The position numbers and the translations under genes were made by a program. From an uncultured virus (IMG/VR IMGVR_UViG_3300042884_001169) (Duplodnaviria > Heunggongvirae > Uroviricota > Caudoviricetes): DNA of 57,915 nt. Below are positions 19,813-29,146 of the stretch, in pieces. The notes under the pieces were generated by a model. That model worked only from the letters and a program-made list of their open reading frames with translations, was not told the origin of the DNA and did no database searches. The DNA is taken from the IMG/VR virus record IMGVR_UViG_3300042884_001169. One strand, given 5' to 3'. Within the stretch, counting starts at the first letter, position 1. Every line of letters starts with the position of its first letter.

Positions 19813-20334
19813 ATGACTGAACACCTAAACGTTTGGGTTGAAATGTCCTCCCACGAACTTCTCTACGCAGCAATGGCAGGATGCCAACGTCGCGTGATAG
19901 CGATGGGCCGCAACCGACCTCAATATTACGGCGCAGAAGAGCGCATGAACTACTGGCAGATTGACATCCAAGGCGCAATCTCAGAGTATGCCTTAGCCAA
20001 ATCGCTCAACATGTTTTGGGAACCGGCAACAAACGAATGTTTGAAAGACCTGCCCGGCGATGTTGGGGAATATCAAATCCGCTCAACCTCATATAAAACT
20101 GGCCACTTGATCGTTCACAGCGCAGACAACGATGAAGCCGCATTCATCTTCGCTATCATCGCCGAACCGTATGTGAAACTGGCTGGCTACCTTATGGGTC
20201 ATGAAGCCAAGGCGGTTGGCGAAAAGCACAACTACGATGACCTTTGGGTTCATCAATCGAAACTCCGATCGGTAACTGAGATTCTGCCAATTGTCGAAAG
20301 TGACAAAGTCAAAATCAAAACTAAAAAACAGTAA
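19813..20334 (+). CDS. conserved-type phage hypothetical protein
   Basis: GGAGA RBS; GAISEYALAK..DVG..QIRST pattern. Confidence 0.65.
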   Translation: MTEHLNVWVEMSSHELLYAAMAGCQRRVIAMGRNRPQYYGAEERMNYWQIDIQGAISEYALAKSLNMFWEPATNECLKDLPGDVGEYQIRSTSYKTGHLIVHSADNDEAAFIFAIIAEPYVKLAGYLMGHEAKAVGEKHNYDDLWVHQSKLRSVTEILPIVESDKVKIKTKKQ

Positions 20335-20394
20335 CCAACACTCCCTAGTCGCTTAAATCTAAACGCAGTAGAAAGTTCGTTGCTAAAATAAACC

Positions 20395-20895
20395 ATGAAC
20401 CACATCGACGCCCTCAAACACGCCCACCACCTCGGACTCCCAGCACTCGACATGGGAGCCGCGCACAACAAACCAGACGGCTACCTCGGAGTAGACCAAT
20501 ACCCACACCCCAACGTGGAACTCGTCTGCGACGTAACAAAAGGCATCCCAGTCCCAGACTCATCCATCGGCGCAATCCGTGCACACGACTTCATCGAACA
20601 CATCCCAAACGGAATCGCCCTATTCAACGAATTCCACCGCATCCTCGCCCCCGGCGGAATCCTCCTAACCCAAACCCCATCAACAGACGGACGCGGCGCA
20701 TTCCAAGACCCAACCCACGTCTCCTTCTACAACCAAAACTCCTTCTGGTACTACACAGACCCCTACTACCAAAAATTCGTACCAGCAATCACCTGCCAAT
20801 ACGAAGCACTAACCCTAGAAACCATGTACCCAACCGCATGGCACGTCACCCACAACATCCCCTATGTAATCGCCCACCTCAAAGCAATCAAATAA
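20395..20895 (+). CDS. class I SAM-dependent methyltransferase
   Basis: LDMGA, DFIEH, RILAPGG, AFQDPTH. Confidence 0.85.
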   Translation: MNHIDALKHAHHLGLPALDMGAAHNKPDGYLGVDQYPHPNVELVCDVTKGIPVPDSSIGAIRAHDFIEHIPNGIALFNEFHRILAPGGILLTQTPSTDGRGAFQDPTHVSFYNQNSFWYYTDPYYQKFVPAITCQYEALTLETMYPTAWHVTHNIPYVIAHLKAIK

Positions 20896-20902
20896 CACAC
20901 AA

Positions 20903-20978
20903 TCCGGTGTGGTGTAACTGGCAACACGCCTGACTTTGGATCAGGAGAGTCCTCGTTCAATCCGAGGCACCGGAGCCA
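20903..20978 (+). tRNA. tRNA-Gln(UUG)
   Basis: acceptor TCCGGTG/CACCGGA, anticodon arm CCTGA-CTTTGGA-TCAGG, TTCAA T-loop, encoded CCA. Confidence 0.93.
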
Positions 20979-21001
20979 CCAACAAACAGGAAACCAAAAC
21001 C

Positions 21002-21190
21002 ATGTGCGACGGACAACGAACAATCACAACCAAACTCACAGAAGCCCAATACGACGTATACAAATACGCAATAGACGAAACAATCAAATTCTGGGAAACC
21101 GGCACCACCCAACAAAAACGAGACGCCCACACCCTCCAACGCGCACTCGACAAACTCCACCAAGCATGGACCGAAGCCCCCCGCTCCTAA
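21002..21190 (+). CDS. hypothetical protein
   Basis: AGGA RBS and ATG after the tRNA. Confidence 0.55.
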   Translation: MCDGQRTITTKLTEAQYDVYKYAIDETIKFWETGTTQQKRDAHTLQRALDKLHQAWTEAPRS

Positions 21191-21275
21191 CCGCGCACGC
21201 AACCCCAAAAAACACCAGCCAACCAAAACCTACAACCGAAACCAAAAAATATTTTCACCGGCAGAAAGCAACAGC

Positions 21276-21704
21276 ATGCAAACATTCCTCCCCTACCCCG
21301 ACTTCACCCAAACAGCACGCTGCCTCGACCGGCAACGCCTCGGCAAACAACGCGTCGAAACACTCCAAATCCTCAACGCCCTCACCAACCCCCAAAAAGG
21401 CTGGCAAAACCATCCAGCCACCAACATGTGGCGCAACCACGAACACACCCTCGTCGCCTACGGACTCACAATCTGCGAAGAATGGATCAGGCGCGGCTAC
21501 AAAGACACCTGCCTACAAAAAATCCTCAACATCCAAGAACTCCACCACGAAAACTGGAACACACACCAACCCGCATGGCTAGGCAACCCCGCACTACACC
21601 TATCGCACCAATCCAACCTGCTCCGCAAAAACCCCGACCACTACAACACCTACTTCCAAAACGTACCCCCAGACCTGCCATACATCTGGCCAACCATCAA
21701 ATAG
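21276..21704 (+). CDS. pyrimidine-dimer DNA glycosylase family (MSMEG_6728-like)
   Basis: MQTFLPYPDF, LDRQRLGKQRVE, HPATNMW, SHQSNLLRK. Confidence 0.88.
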   Translation: MQTFLPYPDFTQTARCLDRQRLGKQRVETLQILNALTNPQKGWQNHPATNMWRNHEHTLVAYGLTICEEWIRRGYKDTCLQKILNIQELHHENWNTHQPAWLGNPALHLSHQSNLLRKNPDHYNTYFQNVPPDLPYIWPTIK

Positions 21705-22187
21705 CCCCACACACCCCAGTCAGATAAATCTAAAACACAAGCAGTCCATAATCACTACCGTGTTCACACGCAGCGGTGGTGGAATTCTTCAAAAAGTTCA
21801 AACGGATTGGCTGTTTAGCCATTTTTGTTTTTCACTTTGTGTTGGGCATTTGTCTGGTCTTTGCGTGTGGATCTGTGCGCTGTGTGTGTGGTGTGTTGTC
21901 ATAGGCGGGCGAGTGGTTCTGTGGGTGGGTGGGTGTAGTTGGTTGTTGATCTATGCCCGGCTTCAGGGCTTGTGGGTATTGCGGCATGATCGTGTACCGG
22001 TATTCCGTGCCGGGTTGGTGTCGACAGTGTAGGGATATGTACGTTCAGTCTTCCAAGGGATGTGGTTGCGAACGGGTGGTGTCCACCGGTTCGATTTTGG
22101 GTGATAACTATTAATGGTTATCAGGAGCGTTACGTCATCAGTAATCAGGGATATTGAACGTGATCTGCTCTTTCATCCCCACTAGCG

Positions 22188-22820
22188 CTATGTCCCTGTC
22201 TCTGGATCAATGTGTTCAAGGTCGTAGTGGACGTGGAAGCCAAACGCTTCGATGTCTTTTGCGATCGCAGAGTTCCATGTGTCGTCGTCTACTCGTTGTG
22301 TGTCGACTGGGAGTTTGAGGATCTTCTTGATTGACTTGATGAACTCGTTGTCTGTTGGGTGTGTTGGGTAGCGTAGGGGTGTATCCCATCTGATATGGCG
22401 AGGAACGGCGTATGTGTATGGGAGTGCGATGATCTCGATGTTGTTGTTCTCTACATGCGTTACTGTCAAGCATTCTCGTACCTCTCGGTTGGTTACGAAT
22501 TGCTCTGACAGGGGTTTGGTTGTGTCGACTTCTGATGGGTCGGCAGCGCAGTAGCCCTCTGCGATGAATGAGATTGCGTCTGTCCTGAAGCCGAACCTAG
22601 CGATTGCGATTGCCTCTAGCGTTCGGTGTAGACGGTCTTCTGATGATGCGTGTTGTGGTCGGAGTTGGAAGATGGATGTGATGGCGTCTTCTCTCCAGCA
22701 GAGGACGTTGTAGCAGAGGTCTTCGCCTATGCCTTCTTCCATGCATGTGTATTGCTTGGCGACCTTGGCTGATTCGCAAGCGAGGAGTACTTTGTCCATG
22801 CGGTCTGGGTATGTGTCCAC
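22188..22820 (-). CDS. hypothetical protein
   Basis: long ORF with A/C-ending codon bias. Confidence 0.65.
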   Translation of the reverse strand: MDTYPDRMDKVLLACESAKVAKQYTCMEEGIGEDLCYNVLCWREDAITSIFQLRPQHASSEDRLHRTLEAIAIARFGFRTDAISFIAEGYCAADPSEVDTTKPLSEQFVTNREVRECLTVTHVENNNIEIIALPYTYAVPRHIRWDTPLRYPTHPTDNEFIKSIKKILKLPVDTQRVDDDTWNSAIAKDIEAFGFHVHYDLEHIDPETGT

Positions 22821-22839
22821 GCCTATAACTTAAACGACG

Positions 22840-23139
22840 TTACATGGTCGGGGGTGAAGGTTTCCCTTGACTGTATGGCGTGTCTTGGTATTCGCGTCTC
22901 TCGTCATGGACTGCTGGCTGTTTCACAGGGCCATGAGGGTTCCTTGATAGGCCTAGTGTTTCTTCACATCCGGATGGCTCTACCTTGTACCCGTCCTCTA
23001 GTAGTTCGGGGTCGCCATAGAACATGTCATCAAGCAGGCTGTTCCATTGGGCGGAACACATGTAGACGCTAGTGACACCGTTTGTGACGTGGAGGACTGA
23101 TGGGCCTGCCTTTTGGCAGAAGGAGCATTGCTCGCTCAT
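22840..23139 (-). CDS. hypothetical protein (CSFC)
   Basis: ATGA overlap with the upstream gene. Confidence 0.55.
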   Translation of the reverse strand: MSEQCSFCQKAGPSVLHVTNGVTSVYMCSAQWNSLLDDMFYGDPELLEDGYKVEPSGCEETLGLSRNPHGPVKQPAVHDERREYQDTPYSQGKPSPPTM

Positions 23140-23531
23140 GTGCGACCGAAGCGGTCAATCTCCGATTGGAACTGTGGGCAGAATGCGGGCACTGAGATGG
23201 CGAACATTGCTGCAGCGTCCCCAGCCATTTCCACGGTCCAGTCAGGATCAAGCGCAATTTCAATGAGAGTTGCCGTTACCGACCCGAACGACTGAATGGT
23301 TTCACAGGAGGTCTTACCCAAACTGATGAGTGTTTCGTCGTCTGAACGGGGGTACAGGTCGCGGGCTTGAACTAGGAACCGATTGACTGACTTGGAATAG
23401 GGCGAGGTGGTGGTTGTGGCTCGTTGGATTGTGTCAGGGGTGGTGATTGTCCCTTGGCTTGATCCGCAGCCGATGACTGCTAGTCCGAGGACTGCTACTA
23501 GGGCAGTTGTGGTGAGTGTCTTCTTAATCAT
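23136..23531 (-). CDS. DUF732-like lipoprotein
   Basis: signal peptide with LAVIG-C lipobox; LG..SC and AFCP. Confidence 0.7.
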   Translation of the reverse strand: MIKKTLTTTALVAVLGLAVIGCGSSQGTITTPDTIQRATTTTSPYSKSVNRFLVQARDLYPRSDDETLISLGKTSCETIQSFGSVTATLIEIALDPDWTVEMAGDAAAMFAISVPAFCPQFQSEIDRFGRT

Positions 23532-23842
23532 TTCGTTTCCTTATCCTTAGTAACCGCAGGTTGCGATTGGTCAACGATTGTTCGATCGGCGATGTTCTTC
23601 TTGGCCTGTTCGGCGATTTGGCGCAATGTGCTGCATCGCGTCTCGATTCGATCAGCAGCACCCTCGTAATACGAAGAGAGTCGTGCTGTGTAGTCGTCTT
23701 CGTCTTCAGGGAATGAGCCGATGTCAAGGATCCGCTTCATTCGGCCTTGCTGCTCAAGACGTTCGTTCTTGCTTGCATCATCATCGGCCCGTTGAGTCGA
23801 GACTTGGTCCTGCAAGTCCTTGTTTTCCATCTCGTTTGCCAT
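23528..23842 (-). CDS. hypothetical protein
   Basis: AAGGA RBS before MANEM; ATGA overlap. Confidence 0.6.
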   Translation of the reverse strand: MANEMENKDLQDQVSTQRADDDASKNERLEQQGRMKRILDIGSFPEDEDDYTARLSSYYEGAADRIETRCSTLRQIAEQAKKNIADRTIVDQSQPAVTKDKETK

Positions 23843-24084
23843 GTTGATCCTTTGGTCTAGTACGGATAGGGGAGAGGTGGCGGACCGGCCGCTCAACGAA
23901 CGGCGGGAACGGAGCGGCCGGTCCTATCTTCATCCACCCGTGGCGGAACGGGCTGCCCGAAAGGGGGGAAGGGCTGGATGAAGATGTGCGACAACTGTAC
24001 ACGGCACTGCCAAGTGACACAACCATGCCTTATGAATATGTGCGATCATGTAGTCTGATCAACCCCCAACCCCAAGGACATGAC

Positions 24085-25149
24085 ATGGGATACTTCCTTC
24101 TTGATAACCCGCCAGCAAGCCGCCAGTTCCATACAGGGCGCCCTAATGGCCTCTCTGGTGGTGTCGTTATCCACACGACTGAAGGTGTTGGAGGTGACGA
24201 TTCAGCGGAGAACACAGCCCGTTATATTGCCCGTCGCTCCACCCCGGGCAGTTATCACATGATTGTTGACACGAATTCGTCTGTCCCTATGCTGCCCGAC
24301 GATCATGTGGCGTTCGGAGTCGCAGCGTCTGGCTACAACAGCCGTTGCTGGATGATTGCCATTGCTGCTCAGTCCGCCGCTCTCAACCCTGACTCCCCTG
24401 AAAGCCAGACGGAGATCGATCGCATGGGTCATGAAATCGTGGAGTTCTGGCGTCGCAACGGGATTGACCCCAAGTCGGCTGCCCAGTTCATTGGTGAAGA
24501 GGTCAAAGATCGACCCGGCCTCGCCCATCACGGGGATGTGCAGCCTTCAGATCGAAGCGACGCTTGGAGTCGCCGTGAGGATCGATGGATCTTTGACTCG
24601 ATGCTGGTTCAGGCCATTGAACGTCATTCGGGTGAGGTCATTTCGACTCCTCCCCCTGTTGCGCTTCCGGAACTTCCTGAGTCAGCGGTCTGGCAGCAGG
24701 GTTCGACTGGGGACAAGGTCCGTGCCATCCAAGGGATCGTGGGAGTGCCTCAGGACGGCGTATACGGCCCTCTCACGGCTCAGGCGGTCAATCAATGGCA
24801 AGCCAACCTCGGCCTTGCTGCTGATGGAATCTGGGGTCCACGGACCGAAGAGGCCACGAACAACCTCTTTGCCTTCCTCGCGAACCTGCCTGTGGTTCAG
24901 GAAGTGGCTCCCAACAATCCATTCTTCGAAGCCCTGAATGAAGCAGTGAAGCAGATTGTTCGTCCGGGTGCATCCGGTGGTCCTGTCAAGATGATTCAGG
25001 CAAGTCTGAATGGGCGGGGTTACCCACTCGTCGCTGACGGCACTTTTGGCCCTCGGACTGAAGCGGCTCTACGCAAGTTCCAATCAGACCGTGGCCTCAC
25101 TTCAGACGGGATCGTTGGCCCCAAGACTTGGGCTGCTCTCGTTTCCTGA
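24085..25149 (+). CDS. endolysin: Amidase_2 catalytic domain plus two PG_binding_1 domains
   Basis: VIHTTE, SYH..VD, HHGD; DGxxGPxT repeats. Confidence 0.88.
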   Translation: MGYFLLDNPPASRQFHTGRPNGLSGGVVIHTTEGVGGDDSAENTARYIARRSTPGSYHMIVDTNSSVPMLPDDHVAFGVAASGYNSRCWMIAIAAQSAALNPDSPESQTEIDRMGHEIVEFWRRNGIDPKSAAQFIGEEVKDRPGLAHHGDVQPSDRSDAWSRREDRWIFDSMLVQAIERHSGEVISTPPPVALPELPESAVWQQGSTGDKVRAIQGIVGVPQDGVYGPLTAQAVNQWQANLGLAADGIWGPRTEEATNNLFAFLANLPVVQEVAPNNPFFEALNEAVKQIVRPGASGGPVKMIQASLNGRGYPLVADGTFGPRTEAALRKFQSDRGLTSDGIVGPKTWAALVS

Positions 25150-25168
25150 TCCACCGCAAGTTGTTAGA

Positions 25169-25206
25169 GGCCCGGCCCCAACCTTTGTGGGGACCGGGCC
25201 TCTTTC
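25169..25206 (+). terminator. terminator after the endolysin
   Basis: GGCCCGGCCCCA..TGGGGACCGGGCC followed by TCTTT. Confidence 0.7.
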
Positions 25207-25223
25207 TATTAGACCAACCTTTG

Positions 25224-25295
25224 TGGGAGTGGTGGGGGTCGAACCCACGCTCGTCGGATTAAAAGTCCGCTGCCTTACCGCTTGGCCACACCCCC
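25224..25295 (-). tRNA. tRNA-Lys(UUU)
   Basis: minus strand GGGGGTG..CACTCCC-A; anticodon loop CTTTTAA; GGTTCGA T-loop; no encoded CCA. Confidence 0.88.
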
Positions 25296-25302
25296 TGCTC
25301 CT

Positions 25303-25626
25303 CTACAGGGTCAAGTCTCCAAGTTCGCCTGATTCGATGCGTCGTTTCCAGTACATCGCTTCGGCATACCAGTCGCAATCAGAGCAGTCTTCGCAGCATT
25401 CTTCTGGTGGCGTGCCAAGTTCCAAACCTAATCGCACGTCTTGCAGCATGTATGGGATCAACTCGGCAACGAGGTCACGCAATCGCTCAATCTGATCGGC
25501 GGATTGATGATGGAGCCAGCAGTCGGTGTGACCGTGATCCTCTTTGGGTCGATCTCCAGTATGAGCGAGTCCTGCCGGGCAGGCCCGATCTCGAAGCATT
25601 CCAACAAGTACTTCTACTGTATCCAA
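25303..25626 (-). CDS. Cys/His-rich hypothetical protein
   Basis: GGAG RBS; HGHTDC and CCEDCSDC. Confidence 0.6.
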   Translation of the reverse strand: MDTVEVLVGMLRDRACPAGLAHTGDRPKEDHGHTDCWLHHQSADQIERLRDLVAELIPYMLQDVRLGLELGTPPEECCEDCSDCDWYAEAMYWKRRIESGELGDLTL

Positions 25627-25677
25627 CTTGCCTGCTCCTCCGTGTCAACCGTCATGAGGGCCAGCCTAGCCTCGTGA

Positions 25678-26208
25678 TTAGAGCCAGCCAAACTTACGAC
25701 TACAGCCCGGCCAAGCCTTCCAGCCCGATCCTGCGAGGACTCGCTCTGCGATAACGATCTGTTGTTCGCGACTTGCTTCCCAAGGATGTGGTGCGAACTC
25801 TCCACCACCGTAGGACAGCCACGTTGAGTACGAGCGTTGGTGCATGAACTGGAGTCCGCCACCGAATCCGTTGCCGGTGTTGGTGGCCCAGTTGCCTCCG
25901 GTCTCACACTGAGCGAGTCGGTCCCACCTGTCTGTGGTGGTTTCAACTGTCACTGGTTCAGTGTTCCGGTATTTCGGAACAGCAGCAGCAGCAGCAGCAG
26001 CAGCCTCTCGTTGCTTTTGTTCTTCGACTGCCGCAATATGCTGAGCAATCGATTCCGCTATAGCCGCTTCCGCAGCCGCTACATCAGGTGTTGTTATGAC
26101 AATGGTAGTAGAAGTAATTGGTGCATCTGCTCCCTCACTAGCAGCAGCAATGCCGCACCCGGATAGCAAAACACTCAGCAGCACGAGGCTGTATAACTTG
26201 ATACGCAT
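25678..26208 (-). CDS. rpf: resuscitation-promoting-factor (Rpf transglycosylase) lipoprotein
   Basis: LLSG-C lipobox; [41 protein letters not shown] upstream. Confidence 0.9.
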   Translation of the reverse strand: MRIKLYSLVLLSVLLSGCGIAAASEGADAPITSTTIVITTPDVAAAEAAIAESIAQHIAAVEEQKQREAAAAAAAAVPKYRNTEPVTVETTTDRWDRLAQCETGGNWATNTGNGFGGGLQFMHQRSYSTWLSYGGGEFAPHPWEASREQQIVIAERVLAGSGWKAWPGCSRKFGWL

Positions 26209-26309
26209 GTAACGCGCCTTTCTGTCGGTCGGGTATGGCAGTAGGTTTCGTCCCACTATTATACCGAACTGTCAGAGAGTGTCGTGCTTCAGCAAAAACC
26301 CAAGGGGTA

Positions 26310-26471
26310 TCAGGGTTTGCAGGGTTCAGCAGCAGCGCGATCCCAAGGTGCGGCGCTGCAGCGAGAGCAGTAAACATCAACCTCATCAGGACCAACCTGA
26401 CTGGTTTTCCATGAATGAGAGTCGAAGTTCAGCAGACTTTGTTTACGTTTCTGAATTTTGTTAAGACTCAT
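26310..26471 (-). CDS. 53-aa hypothetical peptide (not in the ORF track)
   Basis: MSLNKIQKRK..HSW..YCSRC..EPCKP. Confidence 0.45.
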   Translation of the reverse strand: MSLNKIQKRKQSLLNFDSHSWKTSQVGPDEVDVYCSRCSAAPWDRAAAEPCKP

Positions 26472-26478
26472 GACGGCC

Positions 26479-27053
26479 CAACCCTAACTGTAAATACTTG
26501 TTACCAATAAGTGTAGCCGCATTCGATCCCACGTCCTCATCACTCAGGGGATGGTGAGTCAAACGTGTTTCCAAGTCCGCCTATTGACAATGCTGCTGAT
26601 TGTGTGCGCGGTTACTCCAAACCTTGCGGCAAGTTCACGATTGTTCTTGCCATCGCCAGAAAGCCTCCGAATCAACTGGACTTGCCTCACAGTCAAGACC
26701 GAAAAGCCATTCCGCTCCCCGGGTGCCCCACGCGCACGACCCTTCTCCCTCATGTCCGCCATGTTCTCCTCCTGAGTTCCCCCACGCAAATGCCTCGGGT
26801 TATAACAAGGCGGGTTGTCGCACGAATGAAGAACCTGCTCAGGGAAATGACCGTTGTACGCAAAAAAGACTTCGCGATGAACTGCTCGAACTTTTCCATC
26901 CATCCACTTCATCCCATACCCACCAGAAGTGAACGATATCCCGCACTCGGGGGTAGGAACCCAACACTCACTCATCATTGAGACCACTCAACCCCAACTG
27001 TAAATACTTGCTGACAATGTGTGTAGCCGAATTCGACCCCACGAACTCACCAC
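26479..27053 (-). repeat. diverged 65-bp direct repeat (26479-26543 and 26989-27053) flanking the HNH gene
   Basis: 54/65 identical at an offset of 510; both copies encode the helicase C-terminus GSNxAT..KYLQLGL. Confidence 0.85.
26559..26978 (-). CDS. HNH homing endonuclease with a C-terminal HTH
   Basis: ECW, AVHR, VLHSCDNPPCYNPRHL..GTQEEN; LAARFGV. Confidence 0.9.
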   Translation of the reverse strand: MMSECWVPTPECGISFTSGGYGMKWMDGKVRAVHREVFFAYNGHFPEQVLHSCDNPPCYNPRHLRGGTQEENMADMREKGRARGAPGERNGFSVLTVRQVQLIRRLSGDGKNNRELAARFGVTAHTISSIVNRRTWKHV

Positions 27054-28905
27054 CATCAGTAGCAGCACTCACCACGTCACGTTTGCGTTGCACCAAATCG
27101 TAGATGTCTTGATCAACAGTGTCGGCCGCAAGCATGTAAGTAGCCGTGACTGAACCCTTCTGACCAAGCCGATGGCATCGCGAATACGTTTGCTCAACAT
27201 CCGCCCAATTCCAAGGCAACTCACAAAACAAAACATCCTGTGCCGCAGTCAGAGTATGTCCAGTCTTCGCAGCCTGAATCGACAGCACAATAACCGGCGC
27301 TTCCTCCACCGACAGTTCCTGAAACCGGCGCTTATGCTCTTCCACTTCGCTCACATCCTGACCGCCTTGGATCTTCAGACCACCAAACTTGTGCGCCAAG
27401 TCAGAAACAATCTCACGGTGATGTGCAGCAATCACAACTTTGCGGCCCTCGCCCGTAACCTGTTCAACCCACTCAGTGATTGAATTCATCTTTGCGCGTG
27501 CAGCGAGGCGTCTCAGAACTGACATTCGAACAAGATGTTCATTCGACTCCGCAGCCATCCGAGCACGAACCTTCGCAGACTTCACAGATGTCCCCAACTC
27601 CAATGCGATCTGTTCAGCCCTTTCGACCAAATACTTCACAATGTCGGCTTCAGCGCGTCGATAGTCAACCATCGATGCCGAATCGACAGCCAACACGATA
27701 GGAGCATGACGAACAGGTGGAAGATCCTTCAGCACCTGCTCCTTGACTCGCCTGACATAGCAAGTAGATCGCAACTTGTTGTTCAACTCGTCCAAGTTCG
27801 AGTTGCCGTCGATGTGCCATTGCCCCCACCGGTCACGGAAAGCGTTGCAGTAACGGCGATAGAACCCCCACTTGCCACCAAGATCAGACAGGCGACCCAT
27901 CATTTCGAGTTGGGCTGCGTACTCGGCTGGCTTGTTAGTCACCGGGGTTCCAGTCAAAGCCAACACGAACCCATCCTTTGGGACAGTCTTAGCGACTTTG
28001 ACGACAGCCTTCGTTCGCTTTGCGTCATACGACTTCGCATAGTGGGATTCATCCGCAATAAGTGACTTGTGGCCTTTTGCTTGCTGCTCCCAATGAGCAA
28101 TGTTCGACCATCCAAGTACCACGACATCGTATGTACCCGCCTCGGGGAATCTCTTACGGTCAGTGACTACAGCCACCGTGCGATCTGGGAGCCACTTCTC
28201 GTATTCCGCTTTCCAGTTCAGGACAAGCGAAGGCGGGCAAATCACTACAGTCGGATAGGCGTTTCCAGCCTCGATGGTCGCAATCGACTGAATAGTTTTA
28301 CCCAAACCCATGTCATCAGCGATGAAACAACGTTTCGCATGCAACGCATACGCCACCCCAGCACGCTGATACGGCAGCAACGGCAACCCGGCAACTTCAA
28401 CTTCAGCATCGGTCGCTCGGGAAGCGTCAATCAGAACCTGACTCTGCTCAACGACACTACGAGCATGTGACTCAAGGTCTTCAGGGACGTGGAGATCAAA
28501 GCGGCGACAGAACTCAATGGCCTCGCTCGCAGCAGTGATCGGCACCTTCCATGCCTTGGTCTTCGAATCCCACGTTACGCCGGGAACTTGTTTGACGCCT
28601 GAGACTAAAACCCTGTCGTAATTGAATCCAAGCCAAATCCAATTGTCATCAAAGCGAACGCCCCCATAGTCAACGTCACGAGAAGGCAACTCAAGCATCA
28701 CAAGATCAGGCGAAACCCACATGTCGTATCTAAGAGCAAAGGCGCGAACGTCGCTTAGCGAGGAAAGCGGAATACGCCAGACGCGGGCGGCTCGATCCCA
28801 TTTAGCGCCAGCAATCTGCTTTACTGCGGCGACTAGAGTTGTGTCGTATTCGAATGTGACGGCAAGATGGTCCTCAGCCAAAAGGACTTGCCTGATGTCA
28901 GCCAT
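26968..28905 (-). CDS. SNF2/SMARCAL1-like helicase with two N-terminal HARP-like repeats
   Basis: DDMGLGKT, DESH, TGTP, RCHRLGQ; two FxYD..VKQ..G..WD..W repeats. Confidence 0.9.
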   Translation of the reverse strand: MADIRQVLLAEDHLAVTFEYDTTLVAAVKQIAGAKWDRAARVWRIPLSSLSDVRAFALRYDMWVSPDLVMLELPSRDVDYGGVRFDDNWIWLGFNYDRVLVSGVKQVPGVTWDSKTKAWKVPITAASEAIEFCRRFDLHVPEDLESHARSVVEQSQVLIDASRATDAEVEVAGLPLLPYQRAGVAYALHAKRCFIADDMGLGKTIQSIATIEAGNAYPTVVICPPSLVLNWKAEYEKWLPDRTVAVVTDRKRFPEAGTYDVVVLGWSNIAHWEQQAKGHKSLIADESHYAKSYDAKRTKAVVKVAKTVPKDGFVLALTGTPVTNKPAEYAAQLEMMGRLSDLGGKWGFYRRYCNAFRDRWGQWHIDGNSNLDELNNKLRSTCYVRRVKEQVLKDLPPVRHAPIVLAVDSASMVDYRRAEADIVKYLVERAEQIALELGTSVKSAKVRARMAAESNEHLVRMSVLRRLAARAKMNSITEWVEQVTGEGRKVVIAAHHREIVSDLAHKFGGLKIQGGQDVSEVEEHKRRFQELSVEEAPVIVLSIQAAKTGHTLTAAQDVLFCELPWNWADVEQTYSRCHRLGQKGSVTATYMLAADTVDQDIYDLVQRKRDVVSAATDGGEFVGSNSATHIVSKYLQLGLSGLNDE

Positions 28906-29146
28906 TCTTGATTGGTTTGCCGCTCTCGTCTACAGGTTTCCAGTAACCGCGAGCAAGCGCCGATTGAATGTTGATTTGCACAATCACGTTGGACGTATGG
29001 TTCTGCAATACGCCAAGGTTGTCCTTGAGTTGATACAGCGATGCGTCTTGTCCCTGAACGGCAATGAGTTTCGCATTGGCGGGAACGCGATCCATTTCAA
29101 TCATTGGAATCGGTTCTGGCATTTCCATGTCATCTTGAGTTTTCAT
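28898..29146 (-). CDS. small protein coupled to the giant polyprotein gene
   Basis: ATGA overlap; SALARGYW motif. Confidence 0.65.
   Translation of the reverse strand: MKTQDDMEMPEPIPMIEMDRVPANAKLIAVQGQDASLYQLKDNLGVLQNHTSNVIVQINIQSALARGYWKPVDESGKPIKNG

Noticed and set aside
21760..22032. 90-aa Cys/Val/Trp-rich ORF
   Set aside because: Product of low-complexity G/T-rich sequence; no RBS
24167..24175. Single perfect DnaA box
   Set aside because: Isolated, within the VIHT codons of the endolysin; compatible with chance
25981..26004. (AGC)8 microsatellite
   Set aside because: Encodes the poly-Ala linker of Rpf
26240..26392. Hammerhead-like CTGATGAG..GAAAC and a possible c-di-AMP riboswitch upstream of rpf (minus strand)
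   Set aside because: No supporting stems found. CTGATGAG lies within a 53-aa ORF, and a TATAAT promoter sits close to rpf, leaving little leader
26545..26990. Group I intron carrying the HNH gene
   Set aside because: Almost no non-coding sequence for an intron core, and the helicase already has a complete C-terminus
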